A DNA stretch of 64,000 nucleotides from Candidatus Aenigmatarchaeota archaeon (GCA_043814985.1 JBDRJK010000019.1:32001-96000); one strand, 5' to 3'. Positions 19,977 through 29,310 are shown, numbered from the stretch's first letter. Notes: generated by a model not told the origin, from the letters alone. Numbers and translations are program-made.

Positions 19977-20477
19977 TCAGGAAAAACTAAGAAGAGACTG
20001 TATTTTTTCTATAGAACTGAAAATATTGTTCATGTTAACTCCCACTACTGGGACCTGGAAGTTCTTTTTCTGCATCTCCATTTCCAGCTCTTCCATGAAG
20101 ATGCCCTTGCCAGGAACATTCCTCTTTCCGTTCTGTATTCTGTGGACGCCGCATGTCTGCGAGAACTCGACGCCCAATATGCCGAGAACCTTGTAGTCGT
20201 TCCTAAGGTACAGCTCTATCTTTTTCATCACTTTAGAGGACAGCTTCTTGCAGTCATTCCTGTAGCCGTTAGTGGAATTTTTTGTTGTAGGCCTTCTGTT
20301 CAGACCGTTGTTGAACTCGAGCTGTGGGCAATCCAGTTGAACAATGCCTACACCAGCTTCTGCAAATACCTCTAACAAGTCTTTGACAGAACCTGTGTAC
20401 TTCTCCGTTCCTACTGCCATTGCATTTTGGTTCAGAAGACAATGTGATACGAACAGAACCTTTTTGTTCCTTTTCAT
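19977..20477 (-). CDS. DUF523/TudS-related protein, paralog of 5516-5989
   Basis: HCLLN, DCPQ, SQTCGV; C-terminal half nearly identical to the 5516 protein. Confidence 0.75.
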   Translation of the reverse strand: MKRNKKVLFVSHCLLNQNAMAVGTEKYTGSVKDLLEVFAEAGVGIVQLDCPQLEFNNGLNRRPTTKNSTNGYRNDCKKLSSKVMKKIELYLRNDYKVLGILGVEFSQTCGVHRIQNGKRNVPGKGIFMEELEMEMQKKNFQVPVVGVNMNNIFSSIEKIQSLLSFS

Positions 20478-20707
20478 GTACTAATATACTAGCACTTTCT
20501 ATCTTATATACTTACTCGTGTCAAGTAGTAAATGTAAAGGGAATTACGTCATTCAACGATTTAAGGTATAATGCTTAAATAATGTCATTTTTATAATCCA
20601 TTTAATTCAAAGCAACTGCTTTGTTTGTCGTTCCTAAACGTATTTCATAATTTTTCAGGGCCGTTAAGATTGACCTTTTAATGGTATAACAGTAAAATGG
20701 TTGAATT

Positions 20708-21562
20708 ATGTCAGCAGAAGAAATCAAGTCATTGTTGAAGCAAGCAGGTTTGACTGAGTATGAGGCAAGGGCCTGTCTAGCTTTGGTTAGATTTGGAAAG
20801 AGTAGGGCAGACAAGATATCATCTGCAGAGGACATACCCCTTCCCAGGGTATATGACACTATGAGCAGCCTGGTAAGGAGGGGTCTGGTGGCAGTTTCCA
20901 GGACAAGGCCTCAGACATTCATGATAACTGATTTCAAGAGGTTCTTCAACATACTCAAGAACGACGAGGCAAGGAAAACAGAAAAGAAGATAAAGGAAAT
21001 AGACAAGATATCCTCTGATTTCATGAAGCTTTCCAATTCACTGAAAATAGCAGAGCCCAAGGAGGAGAAGGAGGACATCCTTTCATATTCCAGGGAGATG
21101 AACATCAATGAGGTCTGGGAGGAGGTTCAGAACCAGACAAAGAAGGAGTTCCTTGTTTTTGCCGGCGACCTTTCCTGGGTCAGTTCCAGATCCAATGATA
21201 TCAAGAAGCTCATCAAGAAAGGAGTCGATTACAGGATTTTATGGTCAAAGCCCGAGAAGGAAATTTTGCCTAATGTCAGGAAAGCCCTTAAGCTCGGAAT
21301 TAAATTGCGCTGCTACAATGACGCCTCAAACAGGCTCAGGGCCATAATATCAGACGGCAAAAAAATATCCCTCATAAGGAAGACCCTGAAGCCTGGGGTT
21401 GTTGCAGGTGCCAAGCCGCCGTTTTGGTCAGAGGACATTGCTGATTACAGTGGCGTTCTGATAACAAGTGGGATGGTGACCAAGGTCTTCAGGGACTATT
21501 TTTATCTTCTCTGGGAAAGCTCCATGCCAGCCGACAAGTTTATTAAGAAATTTAAAAAGTGA
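20708..21562 (+). CDS. TrmB-family transcriptional regulator
   Basis: GLTEYEA...L...IPLPRVYD...L..RGLV; C-terminal PLD-like effector domain. Confidence 0.9.
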   Translation: MSAEEIKSLLKQAGLTEYEARACLALVRFGKSRADKISSAEDIPLPRVYDTMSSLVRRGLVAVSRTRPQTFMITDFKRFFNILKNDEARKTEKKIKEIDKISSDFMKLSNSLKIAEPKEEKEDILSYSREMNINEVWEEVQNQTKKEFLVFAGDLSWVSSRSNDIKKLIKKGVDYRILWSKPEKEILPNVRKALKLGIKLRCYNDASNRLRAIISDGKKISLIRKTLKPGVVAGAKPPFWSEDIADYSGVLITSGMVTKVFRDYFYLLWESSMPADKFIKKFKK

Positions 21563-21567
21563 AGTTG

Positions 21568-21581
21568 ATTTCTTATTATGA
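21568..21581 (+). repeat. attL core (ATTTCTTATTATGA)
   Basis: Identical to 28835-28848. Confidence 0.82.
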
Positions 21582-21665
21582 AGTAGGGTTCGAAATTGAA
21601 GTGCTAACAAAATAATATAAGTATATACTGTGATATATATATTGAACAATATAAGAGGTGAAAAC

Positions 21666-22796
21666 ATGCGAAGCACGACAAATGAGACCTTACTTAGATA
21701 CCAGCAGGAAAGAAGGATAAACGGAATATCTGAAAACAGAAGAAGATTAGACATGACTGTCCTTGTAAGACTGGATGAATTTCTAGGTAAAGACTTTGAA
21801 AATACAAAAGAGGAGGACATAAAGGCTTTCTTCGAGCTTTTGGACATAAAACAGAGCACAAAGAACCAATACATAAGCATTTTGAAGAAGTTCTTTTCTT
21901 GGTTGGGTAAGCCAGAGGCTACAGACTGGCTCAAGTTGGGAAAAATAAAGACAACAATATTAAAGTCAGACCTGCCAACAGTTGATATTCTGAATAAAAT
22001 GATATCAAGAGCTGATAATTCAAGAGACAAGTGTCTTGTGGCTTTGAACTTTGATACTGGCGGAAGAATCAGTGAAGTTTTGAACATTCGTTTATTAGAC
22101 ATTCATCTTGAGAACGAATGTATAGAGATAGACATAAGGGTAAGCAAGACAGATATGCGTTCAGTTGTATGTTTTGACAGCATGCCATATCTTAAAGCCC
22201 ATCTCAAAGAGCATAAGTTCAGGGACAACATGGACAGCTATCTATTCTGTAGGAGCAACAACCCAAACAAACACATTTGTAAAGAAATGGCCCACAAAAT
22301 CATAACATATTACTCAGAATTGGTATGTGGAAGAAAATTCAGTCCTAAAATGTTCAGACACTTGAAAGCTAGTTTGTTGAGTAGTCAATTATCAGATAGC
22401 CATATGAAAAAATACTTTGGTTGGTGTATGGACAGCAAGATGTTAGCTCGGTATGTCCACTTAAGCAGCGATGATGTGATAAATCAATTGAAGCAACAGC
22501 AGGGACTAATAACAACCCCACAAGACAGAAATCCAATAATGCCTAGAACATGTTCAGAATGCCAAGCATTGAATCCAAGACACTTAGAATATTGTCAAAA
22601 ATGTGGATATGGATTAACAACAGGTGCAATAGAAAAGAGTTCAAGAATCAAAAAACTAGAGAAAATGGAAGGATTTCTGCATAAGATTTGCACAACACTT
22701 GCAGTCACAGATGACCATGCACTTTTGAACGCAGACCAGAAGAGATTCAACAAGGATTTGGTCAAAAAGGCACAAGAAGAACTAATGTTGAATTAG
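21666..22796 (+). CDS. Tyrosine recombinase/integrase with C-terminal zinc ribbon
   Basis: TGGRISE (R), SKT (K), PKMFRH, FGW, RYVHLS (Y); CSEC..CQKC; GAGGTGA RBS before ATG 21666. Confidence 0.93.
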   Translation: MRSTTNETLLRYQQERRINGISENRRRLDMTVLVRLDEFLGKDFENTKEEDIKAFFELLDIKQSTKNQYISILKKFFSWLGKPEATDWLKLGKIKTTILKSDLPTVDILNKMISRADNSRDKCLVALNFDTGGRISEVLNIRLLDIHLENECIEIDIRVSKTDMRSVVCFDSMPYLKAHLKEHKFRDNMDSYLFCRSNNPNKHICKEMAHKIITYYSELVCGRKFSPKMFRHLKASLLSSQLSDSHMKKYFGWCMDSKMLARYVHLSSDDVINQLKQQQGLITTPQDRNPIMPRTCSECQALNPRHLEYCQKCGYGLTTGAIEKSSRIKKLEKMEGFLHKICTTLAVTDDHALLNADQKRFNKDLVKKAQEELMLN

Positions 22797-22893
22797 GGGG
22801 GTTGGCTTTCTTTCTTTTTATCCTCCTAATAGAGTTAATAATATTATTAGAAATAACCATAGGGTTAAAAGCCTCACTTTTCATATTTCCAGT

Positions 22894-23112
22894 ATGAACA
22901 AAGTATTATTCGCTATATTTTTAACAGGAATCATACTTTCAGTTGTTGCAATATCTGGATGCACTACAGGAGCTTCTATAGTAAACCCATGCAGAGGTAG
23001 ATGTGATAGTGGATTTAATGAGTGCAATCGTAGATGCGGGCAGGGGATATTGAGCTCCATTTGTAAAGAAGTGTGTACATCAGATTATAACAAATGTTTA
23101 TCCTATTGTTAG
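22894..23112 (+). CDS. Small Cys-rich lipoprotein
   Basis: ISGC lipobox; eight further Cys in CX3C pairs. Confidence 0.7.
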   Translation: MNKVLFAIFLTGIILSVVAISGCTTGASIVNPCRGRCDSGFNECNRRCGQGILSSICKEVCTSDYNKCLSYC

Positions 23113-23120
23113 TGATTTAT

Positions 23121-23840
23121 ATGGCTAAAAAGAAAAAATGGTCTAAGCCTACTAAAATAATTGTTTCTGTTGTTGTGGTTCTTATAGCGATTACTATAAT
23201 TGGTAGTGCAGCTTCTGGTCGTTTCTTTATTCAATGTGAAAAAGAGGTTCAAGTGCCATATGATGCTCAAGAGACCTATACTGAGAATGAACCTTACATG
23301 TCAGAGGAATGTGAAACTGTTCAGGTCCCATATACAGATAAAATATGTCATAATATTCAAGTGCCTTATTCAGAAGAAGTATGTACCCAGAATTATTACA
23401 GTTATGCTGTTGAAAATAAAGGATATCATTATTGGAGTATAACTGATACAACTTGTTGGGTTCAGGCTGATATAGTAAATCATGAAGATAATGGAGGAAG
23501 TTTTATAGCCTATACTCATTTTGAATTGGTTGGTGAAGATTTTGTTTACAATCAGACACATTGGGTATATGCTAATTCAAAAAAGACTGTAAGGGCAACT
23601 TATGACTGTGCTATGGGTGAAGATATAAATTTGTACCATTTAACTATCAAACCACCATTGAAAACAGATTGTGAAACAGTTACTAAATACAGGTCTGAGC
23701 AAGAATGCAATGATGTTATAAAATACAGAAATGAACTACAATGTTCAGATGTTACAAAATATCGTGAAGTTGAAAAAACGAGAACAGTAACTAAGTATAA
23801 GACAGAAACAGAAAGCAGTTTCAGTGCTTGTTTCGATTAG
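23121..23840 (+). CDS. Membrane-anchored protein with 12-aa Cys repeats
   Basis: N-terminal TM; C...QVPY and C..VTKYR repeat blocks. Confidence 0.75.
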   Translation: MAKKKKWSKPTKIIVSVVVVLIAITIIGSAASGRFFIQCEKEVQVPYDAQETYTENEPYMSEECETVQVPYTDKICHNIQVPYSEEVCTQNYYSYAVENKGYHYWSITDTTCWVQADIVNHEDNGGSFIAYTHFELVGEDFVYNQTHWVYANSKKTVRATYDCAMGEDINLYHLTIKPPLKTDCETVTKYRSEQECNDVIKYRNELQCSDVTKYREVEKTRTVTKYKTETESSFSACFD

Positions 23841-23904
23841 TCTTTTAAATTCTCTTTGGTTTTAGTCAAATAAGCTTTTAAACATATAATTCTAAAGAAG
23901 AAGT

Positions 23905-24126
23905 ATGGGAATTCCCACAATACCTAAGGATTTTTATCCAGCCATGATAACTGTTTCTTTGTTTTTCATAAGCCTAAGTGTATTATTTTACTATCAGCCA
24001 AAAGATAGCCAAATATTTGAATTATCCATACCTCTGGCTCTTGTTTCTGTCCTTTCATTATTGTATTTTATTTACAAATGGTATGAAGAACGAAAACCTC
24101 GTAAATTCAAATTTTCACTACCTTGA
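23905..24126 (+). CDS. Small 2-TM membrane protein
   Basis: Two hydrophobic helices, own TATA box. Confidence 0.6.
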   Translation: MGIPTIPKDFYPAMITVSLFFISLSVLFYYQPKDSQIFELSIPLALVSVLSLLYFIYKWYEERKPRKFKFSLP

Positions 24127-24270
24127 GTGGTAGGGAAAACATATATTGATTTTTCTTGACATTCTAGGTATGGAAACATCACTATTAGCCCAAATAATCA
24201 AGATGGAAGGAAATTCTCAAAGGCTGGGTCAGGAGAACAATTAAATTCCTGAACTTTCTAAATATTTAGT

Positions 24271-24744
24271 ATGAAATACAGTGAAATATATTTAAAAAAA
24301 CTTGAAAGTCAAAACAAGTATCCATGGTCTACTTATGAATCTTTATCAAAAAAAATAAGTATATTACTTCAATTCTGTGATATAATCGATAAACACTTTG
24401 ATGAACTTGAGGAAAGTTTAAAATTAACAATAAAAAAATATGAGCTTGCTCCATGTAGCATGCTTTTAGAATACGTAATTCATGAAATTCAATCATTCTA
24501 TAGGCTTTCTTGGAAAAATAAAGAGAAAATAGGTATAACAGAAAAGGATTTTCCTGAATATCAGAATACAGTTTTAAGAAAATTTAGAGATAGAATAACC
24601 GGACATCTTGAGGACATGGATATGAAAGAATTTATAGAATTATATAGAGAAATTGATAAAATTGGGATTAAAAATATTTTAAAAGATTATTTAAAATTTA
24701 GAGATATAGTTATCAAAAAATTAAAAGATACGGAAAAGACTTAA
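24271..24744 (+). CDS. Hypothetical alpha-helical protein, possible HEPN domain
   Basis: RKFRDRITGH resembles the HEPN Rx4-6H motif. Confidence 0.5.
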   Translation: MKYSEIYLKKLESQNKYPWSTYESLSKKISILLQFCDIIDKHFDELEESLKLTIKKYELAPCSMLLEYVIHEIQSFYRLSWKNKEKIGITEKDFPEYQNTVLRKFRDRITGHLEDMDMKEFIELYREIDKIGIKNILKDYLKFRDIVIKKLKDTEKT

Positions 24745-24768
24745 ATCCTCGTTTTCCATATTTTTATT

Positions 24769-25152
24769 GTGAGTATTCTTGATAGATTTAGAAAAAAGAA
24801 GGAAGTAGATAAGAAAAAAATTCGATTAGAAAAGTTAAAAATGAGGGGTTTTACTCAAAGAAACGAAGATGAAGTTATGAAAAAAGAAGATATTTTAGGT
24901 TTTTGGTGTCATACTTGTGATAAAAATATAACAAAAAGAGACATAAGAAAACATCTAAAAAATAAACATAAAGTGTTTCTAGCAAAGTTTGGAGAAGAAA
25001 CAAAAATTATACATGTGTTAGATAATGATAAAAAACAAGAATTTCTAAAAATAGAGGAAGTAGCATTAAGAAAACACAAAAAAAAGACTAAAATGAAAAA
25101 AGAAAAGGTTACACCTGTAAAATACATCTTGGAATTATACTTAAAAGAATAA
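24769..25152 (+). CDS. Lys-rich protein with C2H2-like motif
   Basis: CHTC...HLKNKH. Confidence 0.55.
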   Translation: MSILDRFRKKKEVDKKKIRLEKLKMRGFTQRNEDEVMKKEDILGFWCHTCDKNITKRDIRKHLKNKHKVFLAKFGEETKIIHVLDNDKKQEFLKIEEVALRKHKKKTKMKKEKVTPVKYILELYLKE

Positions 25153-25184
25153 CCCTTAAATCCTTGTTTTTCTATAGATTTAGT

Positions 25185-25370
25185 GTGGGTGCCATACGAA
25201 TTTTAGGTCTAATCTTATTGATAGTAGGTATCATACTCTTAATTGGTCCGGTTCTTTTTTCATTTCTCGGTTTAGGTGGCTTCCTAATAACTGGAATTTT
25301 ATATGCGATTTTATTCGTCCCATCAATTATTTTAATTGTTGTGGGAGCATGGCTCTACGGAAAAAAATAA
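25185..25370 (+). CDS. Small 2-TM membrane protein
   Basis: GTG start 29 nt after TTAAA; two hydrophobic helices. Confidence 0.6.
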   Translation: MGAIRILGLILLIVGIILLIGPVLFSFLGLGGFLITGILYAILFVPSIILIVVGAWLYGKK

Positions 25371-25388
25371 GATTAGAATGGTTTTAGT

Positions 25389-26003
25389 ATGAAAAAAATA
25401 GCTTTGGTAGGCTTGATTTTATTTGTGGTTCTTATAGCTGGCTGTAGTCAAACTACTACAACTACTTCTGATACAGGTCAAGAAGCAACAAAACAAGAAA
25501 CACAAATTTACACGGGTAATACAGAAAATCTTCTACCTGAAAGAGATGAAATCAATACAGAATATGAAATATTAACAACTGAAGATTTCGATATAACTAA
25601 ATATTTTTCAAAATATCAAACAAAAGGTTTAATGACAACAGGATTTGAAAGTGGTAGTTATATGGAACATGAAATTTTGGAAGAATTTCCTAGAAACACC
25701 ATAACTGTAGGATACATTTTCATACTAAAGTTTGATTCTGTTGATAATGCCGATTTATTTTATACTACTATGATTGATATGATAAAAAACGAGGGTGGGT
25801 ATAAAGAGATAAGTTCTTTTTGGATAGATGCTGACTGTTTTGGTAAAGAAGGGTTTTATCCTGATTACCCCCTGAACAATTATTATCAAAATTTTTTCTG
25901 TAAAAAGAAGAACATCTTTTTCAATACAGAAACTTCAGGTTATAAAAAAAGCAGATTATCTGATTCTGAAGAATGGGCTAAAACAATAGCCGACAAAATT
26001 TGA
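25389..26003 (+). CDS. Lipoprotein
   Basis: MKK...LIAGC lipobox, Thr-rich linker. Confidence 0.75.
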   Translation: MKKIALVGLILFVVLIAGCSQTTTTTSDTGQEATKQETQIYTGNTENLLPERDEINTEYEILTTEDFDITKYFSKYQTKGLMTTGFESGSYMEHEILEEFPRNTITVGYIFILKFDSVDNADLFYTTMIDMIKNEGGYKEISSFWIDADCFGKEGFYPDYPLNNYYQNFFCKKKNIFFNTETSGYKKSRLSDSEEWAKTIADKI

Positions 26004-26008
26004 ATAGT

Positions 26009-26467
26009 ATGAAAATCCTAATAGCTATTTTGATTCTAGCAACAGTTTTGATAGCCGGGTGTATAAATGCACATTTGGATGTTTCTAAGTCTAAACAAGA
26101 ATTTAATTGTCCATTTGAAATGGAGATAAAAGATGCTATACAAAATAGATTTCTTTATCAAAAAGAATATGGAGCTAGTACGGAAGCTGCTCTTGTAAAT
26201 TGGAATATCTCAGACACATTACTTTTTCAAGATGATTATGAAACAAAATCAATGACTATAGTTTGTAGATATGGTTTAGAAAAAGGAGAAAATATAAACT
26301 ATCTTTATTGTCATTTTGGAATTTTTGATTATACAATCCAACAATTGATTGTGGATTCTCAAGACATCGTAAAAGAAAAAGTAGTACATAGGATACTAGA
26401 ACCTATAATTGTTGATACGAGTAATAACTTTACAGTTGTTGAATTGAAATGCCAAAAGGTTTCTTAG
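26009..26467 (+). CDS. Lipoprotein
   Basis: MK...LIAGC lipobox. Confidence 0.72.
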   Translation: MKILIAILILATVLIAGCINAHLDVSKSKQEFNCPFEMEIKDAIQNRFLYQKEYGASTEAALVNWNISDTLLFQDDYETKSMTIVCRYGLEKGENINYLYCHFGIFDYTIQQLIVDSQDIVKEKVVHRILEPIIVDTSNNFTVVELKCQKVS

Positions 26468-26706
26468 ATTCTCTCTGAAAAGAAGGTATTTTGGCAGTTA
26501 AAAGTCAATTTAACAGGTTGTAAGGCTGCACCTACCTTATGTGTAAGTGTTTAAATTCTCTTTCTTAAAAAAGGGGTAATTTTTTGACGATTTTTTTCGA
26601 TTCTTCAAATTTTTAGCGATAGAAAGCGATTTGATGATATTTTCAATTTTTTAAGCTTTAAATATCGCCACAAATGACCTATCTAAGCTAGGTAAGGTGA
26701 TTTAAT

Positions 26707-26988
26707 ATGGTAAGTGAAAGAAGAATAGAGGACATGAGCAGAGAAGAATTAATCCAAAAACTCAAAGAGACAGAGAATCTAGGTGTAAAAATGACCAGAC
26801 CAAATGACGACAGTAGAATTCAAATGAAATTGTCAGAGGACAGATTCGTTGCAGAACTGATGGACTTAGGTTTGTCAGAGAAATTAGCAACTAGACGATA
26901 TAAGGAATTTTTGAGACTAGGCGGTCTCAGTAATTTCGTCGTGCTGAAAAACGGGTCAGTTACAACCAAGAGAATTTCAAGGTATTAA
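26707..26988 (+). CDS. Hypothetical protein (element core operon)
   Basis: AGGTGA RBS; first of several tightly coupled ORFs. Confidence 0.65.
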   Translation: MVSERRIEDMSREELIQKLKETENLGVKMTRPNDDSRIQMKLSEDRFVAELMDLGLSEKLATRRYKEFLRLGGLSNFVVLKNGSVTTKRISRY

Positions 26989-26989
26989 C

Positions 26990-27151
26990 ATGACAAAAAA
27001 AGGATACTCCGTCTACTTAGGACGGGAGTTGAGCTTTATGGTAGACAAACTTATAGAAAACAACTGTGGAAAGGTCAACGATACACTTAGTGGATTGATA
27101 AAACGAGGAATTGACAGTTTCGAGAAAGAGATAATTAGGGGGAATAAATAA
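26990..27151 (+). CDS. 53-aa ribbon-helix-helix-like protein
   Basis: Hand translation KGYSVYLGRELSFMVDKLIE...SGLIKRGIDSF; stop overlaps the next ATG. Confidence 0.55.
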   Translation: MTKKGYSVYLGRELSFMVDKLIENNCGKVNDTLSGLIKRGIDSFEKEIIRGNK

Positions 27152-27546
27152 TGACAGACATACACTTTGAGAAATGGTTATACCAAAAATTCCAGAGCGA
27201 ATTTAAAAACAGTTTGAAAAAACAGAAGCAGAAAGCCAATGAGATTTTTGAGAAGCAGAAGAAGAAAAACGACAAAAGAAGGGAAGAAACACAGAAGATA
27301 GCCAGCAATGTTCTTGACAAATACCCTTTATTTGCCAATGGTGTGCAAGTGAAGGGTAAAATTACATGCAACAACAAACTTGAAGATGGTAAGCTATGTG
27401 ATTTCGAGTTTGAGCCTAAGAAAATGCTGTTGGATAGGGCACCAAACATCCAAGATGAGAATGAATTGCTGAAATACTTCTTGGGTATGGATTTGACTGC
27501 TATATGCAGGAAATGTGGGAAGACCTTGAAAATTTCATTGAGGTGA
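27151..27546 (+). CDS. Coiled-coil plus zinc-ribbon protein
   Basis: C.........C and CRKC. Confidence 0.6.
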   Translation: MTDIHFEKWLYQKFQSEFKNSLKKQKQKANEIFEKQKKKNDKRREETQKIASNVLDKYPLFANGVQVKGKITCNNKLEDGKLCDFEFEPKKMLLDRAPNIQDENELLKYFLGMDLTAICRKCGKTLKISLR

Positions 27547-27550
27547 TTGA

Positions 27551-27715
27551 ATGGACTATGATAAATTAGCTAAGAAAATTTCTAAGCATTTACAAAAGGA
27601 TTTTGTATCAAGAAAAGAATTTAAACAAATGGGCAAAGCTGTAGATACCTTGCTATTGATACATGATGAGGAAGCCAAGAAAATCAATGCTGATAAGATA
27701 AGATACATTGGCTAA
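27551..27715 (+). CDS. 54-aa hypothetical protein
   Basis: Hand translation MDYDKLAKK...RYIG; GAGGTGA RBS. Confidence 0.6.
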   Translation: MDYDKLAKKISKHLQKDFVSRKEFKQMGKAVDTLLLIHDEEAKKINADKIRYIG

Positions 27716-28433
27716 AAATATGAATAATAAGAATGTAAGAATTCAACGAATGCACAAAAAAGCTTATTTTGTACTTTACCATATGTTATTCTTGCTATCT
27801 GAGGAAGAATATAATCTTACATCACTCGCTAAAATTATCGGAGAAAGCAAACAAAACACTTTATTTCATCTTAAAAAAGCACAAAAGAAGGGATTGGTAA
27901 ACCAACATAGAGACACAAATTTCTGGTTCGTATTACCCAAAGGATTGGGGTCTATCCGACTATTGAAAGCTTTTGTCAAATCAAAGAAGAGAATACCTAA
28001 AAAATACATAGGAAAGAGACGTTTTCATGCTTTCAAGGTAAATGGTAAATTGGGAACTAAATTAGATACAAGACAGATTATAGAGCGTAATGGTGCGATT
28101 TTTGAGAATTCAGTCTATCAAGCTACTTATGGAATTGTGGTATGTGAGGATAATTTTGTTGCAACATCTAAAAAGCTTGGTTTGGCTACCTATACATTTG
28201 ATTATAGTGAAGTATATTCCATTTTTGATGAAATAATTAATAAAATTAATAAGGAAACTCCATTCAAGATAAAAACTTACGAGTGTGAGATGGAGGTTGC
28301 TGAACTTCTGGACCAAAAGGACATAATTCAGGATGCTGAAAATAATGAAGGTTACCTCTCAGAATACTATTGGTACGATAATAGCTGGGACTTCTTAGAA
28401 AGGGAATTTAGAACAGAATTTAAAGATGTCTAG
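27708..28433 (+). CDS. Winged-HTH domain protein
   Basis: NLTSLAKIIGESKQNTLFHLKKAQKKGLV. Confidence 0.65.
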   Translation: MAKNMNNKNVRIQRMHKKAYFVLYHMLFLLSEEEYNLTSLAKIIGESKQNTLFHLKKAQKKGLVNQHRDTNFWFVLPKGLGSIRLLKAFVKSKKRIPKKYIGKRRFHAFKVNGKLGTKLDTRQIIERNGAIFENSVYQATYGIVVCEDNFVATSKKLGLATYTFDYSEVYSIFDEIINKINKETPFKIKTYECEMEVAELLDQKDIIQDAENNEGYLSEYYWYDNSWDFLEREFRTEFKDV

Positions 28434-28776
28434 TGTTTTTCATCTGTAGGTCTTCTTTATCCTTTTGATGTTTAAATCCCAAAAGGGCAAAAAATATAGA
28501 AACTGAACAAAAAGCTACTCCTAATGCTAATAAAAAAGCTGAATTATTCAATGTAAATTTTGAGTCTTCTAGAAAAACATTTGATACAGAATCAAAACTT
28601 TCTTTTTGCTGTTCATAAATTTGTGGTTTTTCCAAATGTAAATCATTAGTATAAACAATGAAATCTAACCACTGACCACGTATACTAACAAAAGATGAGA
28701 ACATAAGACTGCAAATTATACCACTGAATCCTGCCAAAGTTGCCAATACTTTAGCAAATTCAAAGAATCTGTTCAC
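28420..28776 (-). CDS. 2-TM membrane protein
   Basis: Two hydrophobic helices; TATATAAA ~25-30 nt upstream of GTG. Confidence 0.6.
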   Translation of the reverse strand: MNRFFEFAKVLATLAGFSGIICSLMFSSFVSIRGQWLDFIVYTNDLHLEKPQIYEQQKESFDSVSNVFLEDSKFTLNNSAFLLALGVAFCSVSIFFALLGFKHQKDKEDLQMKNTRHL

Positions 28777-28834
28777 ATAAATTATTTAAAGTTCAAATTT
28801 TATATACTAAATAGGTATTTTAATTTCAGACCCC

Positions 28835-28848
28835 ATTTCTTATTATGA
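28835..28848 (+). repeat. attR core, includes the archease ATG
   Basis: Identical to 21568-21581; ATG at 28845. Confidence 0.82.
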
Positions 28849-29261
28849 GATTCAAATTTTTGGAGGATATGGCAACAGCAGATGTTGCGTTCGAGGCTTA
28901 CGGGAAGACTCTGGAAGAGGCCTTTGCTAATTCAGCTCTTGCAATGTTCGAGGTTCAGACTGATGTTGGAAAAATTAAACCGATTATTTCCAAGGATGTT
29001 GAGATTGTTTCCGAGAACAAGGAGTCTCTTTTGTTTGACTGGCTTTCCGAATTGCTTTATTTCAGGGACATAGAGAACATGTTCTTCGGCAAGTTTGACA
29101 TCAAGATTGAGAAGAATGAGAATTTCAAGCTGACTGGCAAGATATATGGTGAGAAGATAGAGGGGCATGAGCTGAGGACCGAAGTGAAGGGTGTCTCCTA
29201 CCAGTTGATGAAGATAGAGGAAAAGCCGGAATTCAAGATCAGGGTTATTCTTGACGTCTGA
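28845..29261 (+). CDS. Archease
   Basis: TADV..EAYG.TLEEAF, LLFDWLSEL, EVKGVSY, ILDV C-terminus. Confidence 0.95.
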   Translation: MRFKFLEDMATADVAFEAYGKTLEEAFANSALAMFEVQTDVGKIKPIISKDVEIVSENKESLLFDWLSELLYFRDIENMFFGKFDIKIEKNENFKLTGKIYGEKIEGHELRTEVKGVSYQLMKIEEKPEFKIRVILDV

Positions 29262-29310
29262 TTTTTACTACTAAAGAGTATTTAAAGTTTGCTATCTTAT
29301 TTCTATTAGG

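Larger units (their letters stand above)
21568..28848. mobile_element. ~7.3 kb integrated element with tyrosine recombinase
   Basis: Integrase at the left end; exact 14-bp direct repeat ATTTCTTATTATGA at both ends; visibly more AT-rich, orphan cargo genes. Confidence 0.85.

Noticed and set aside
21428..22102. 224-aa minus-strand ORF
   Set aside because: Antisense to trmB and the integrase; spans attL; no motifs
26560..26680. Short CGAT-containing repeats as replication iterons
   Set aside because: Too short and irregular to support
22797..26700. Classical integron with attC sites
   Set aside because: No RYYYAAC/GTTRRRY hairpins between genes, and spacers are too short; integrase not recognisably IntI
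21568..28848. Provirus
   Set aside because: No recognisable capsid, packaging ATPase or polymerase gene
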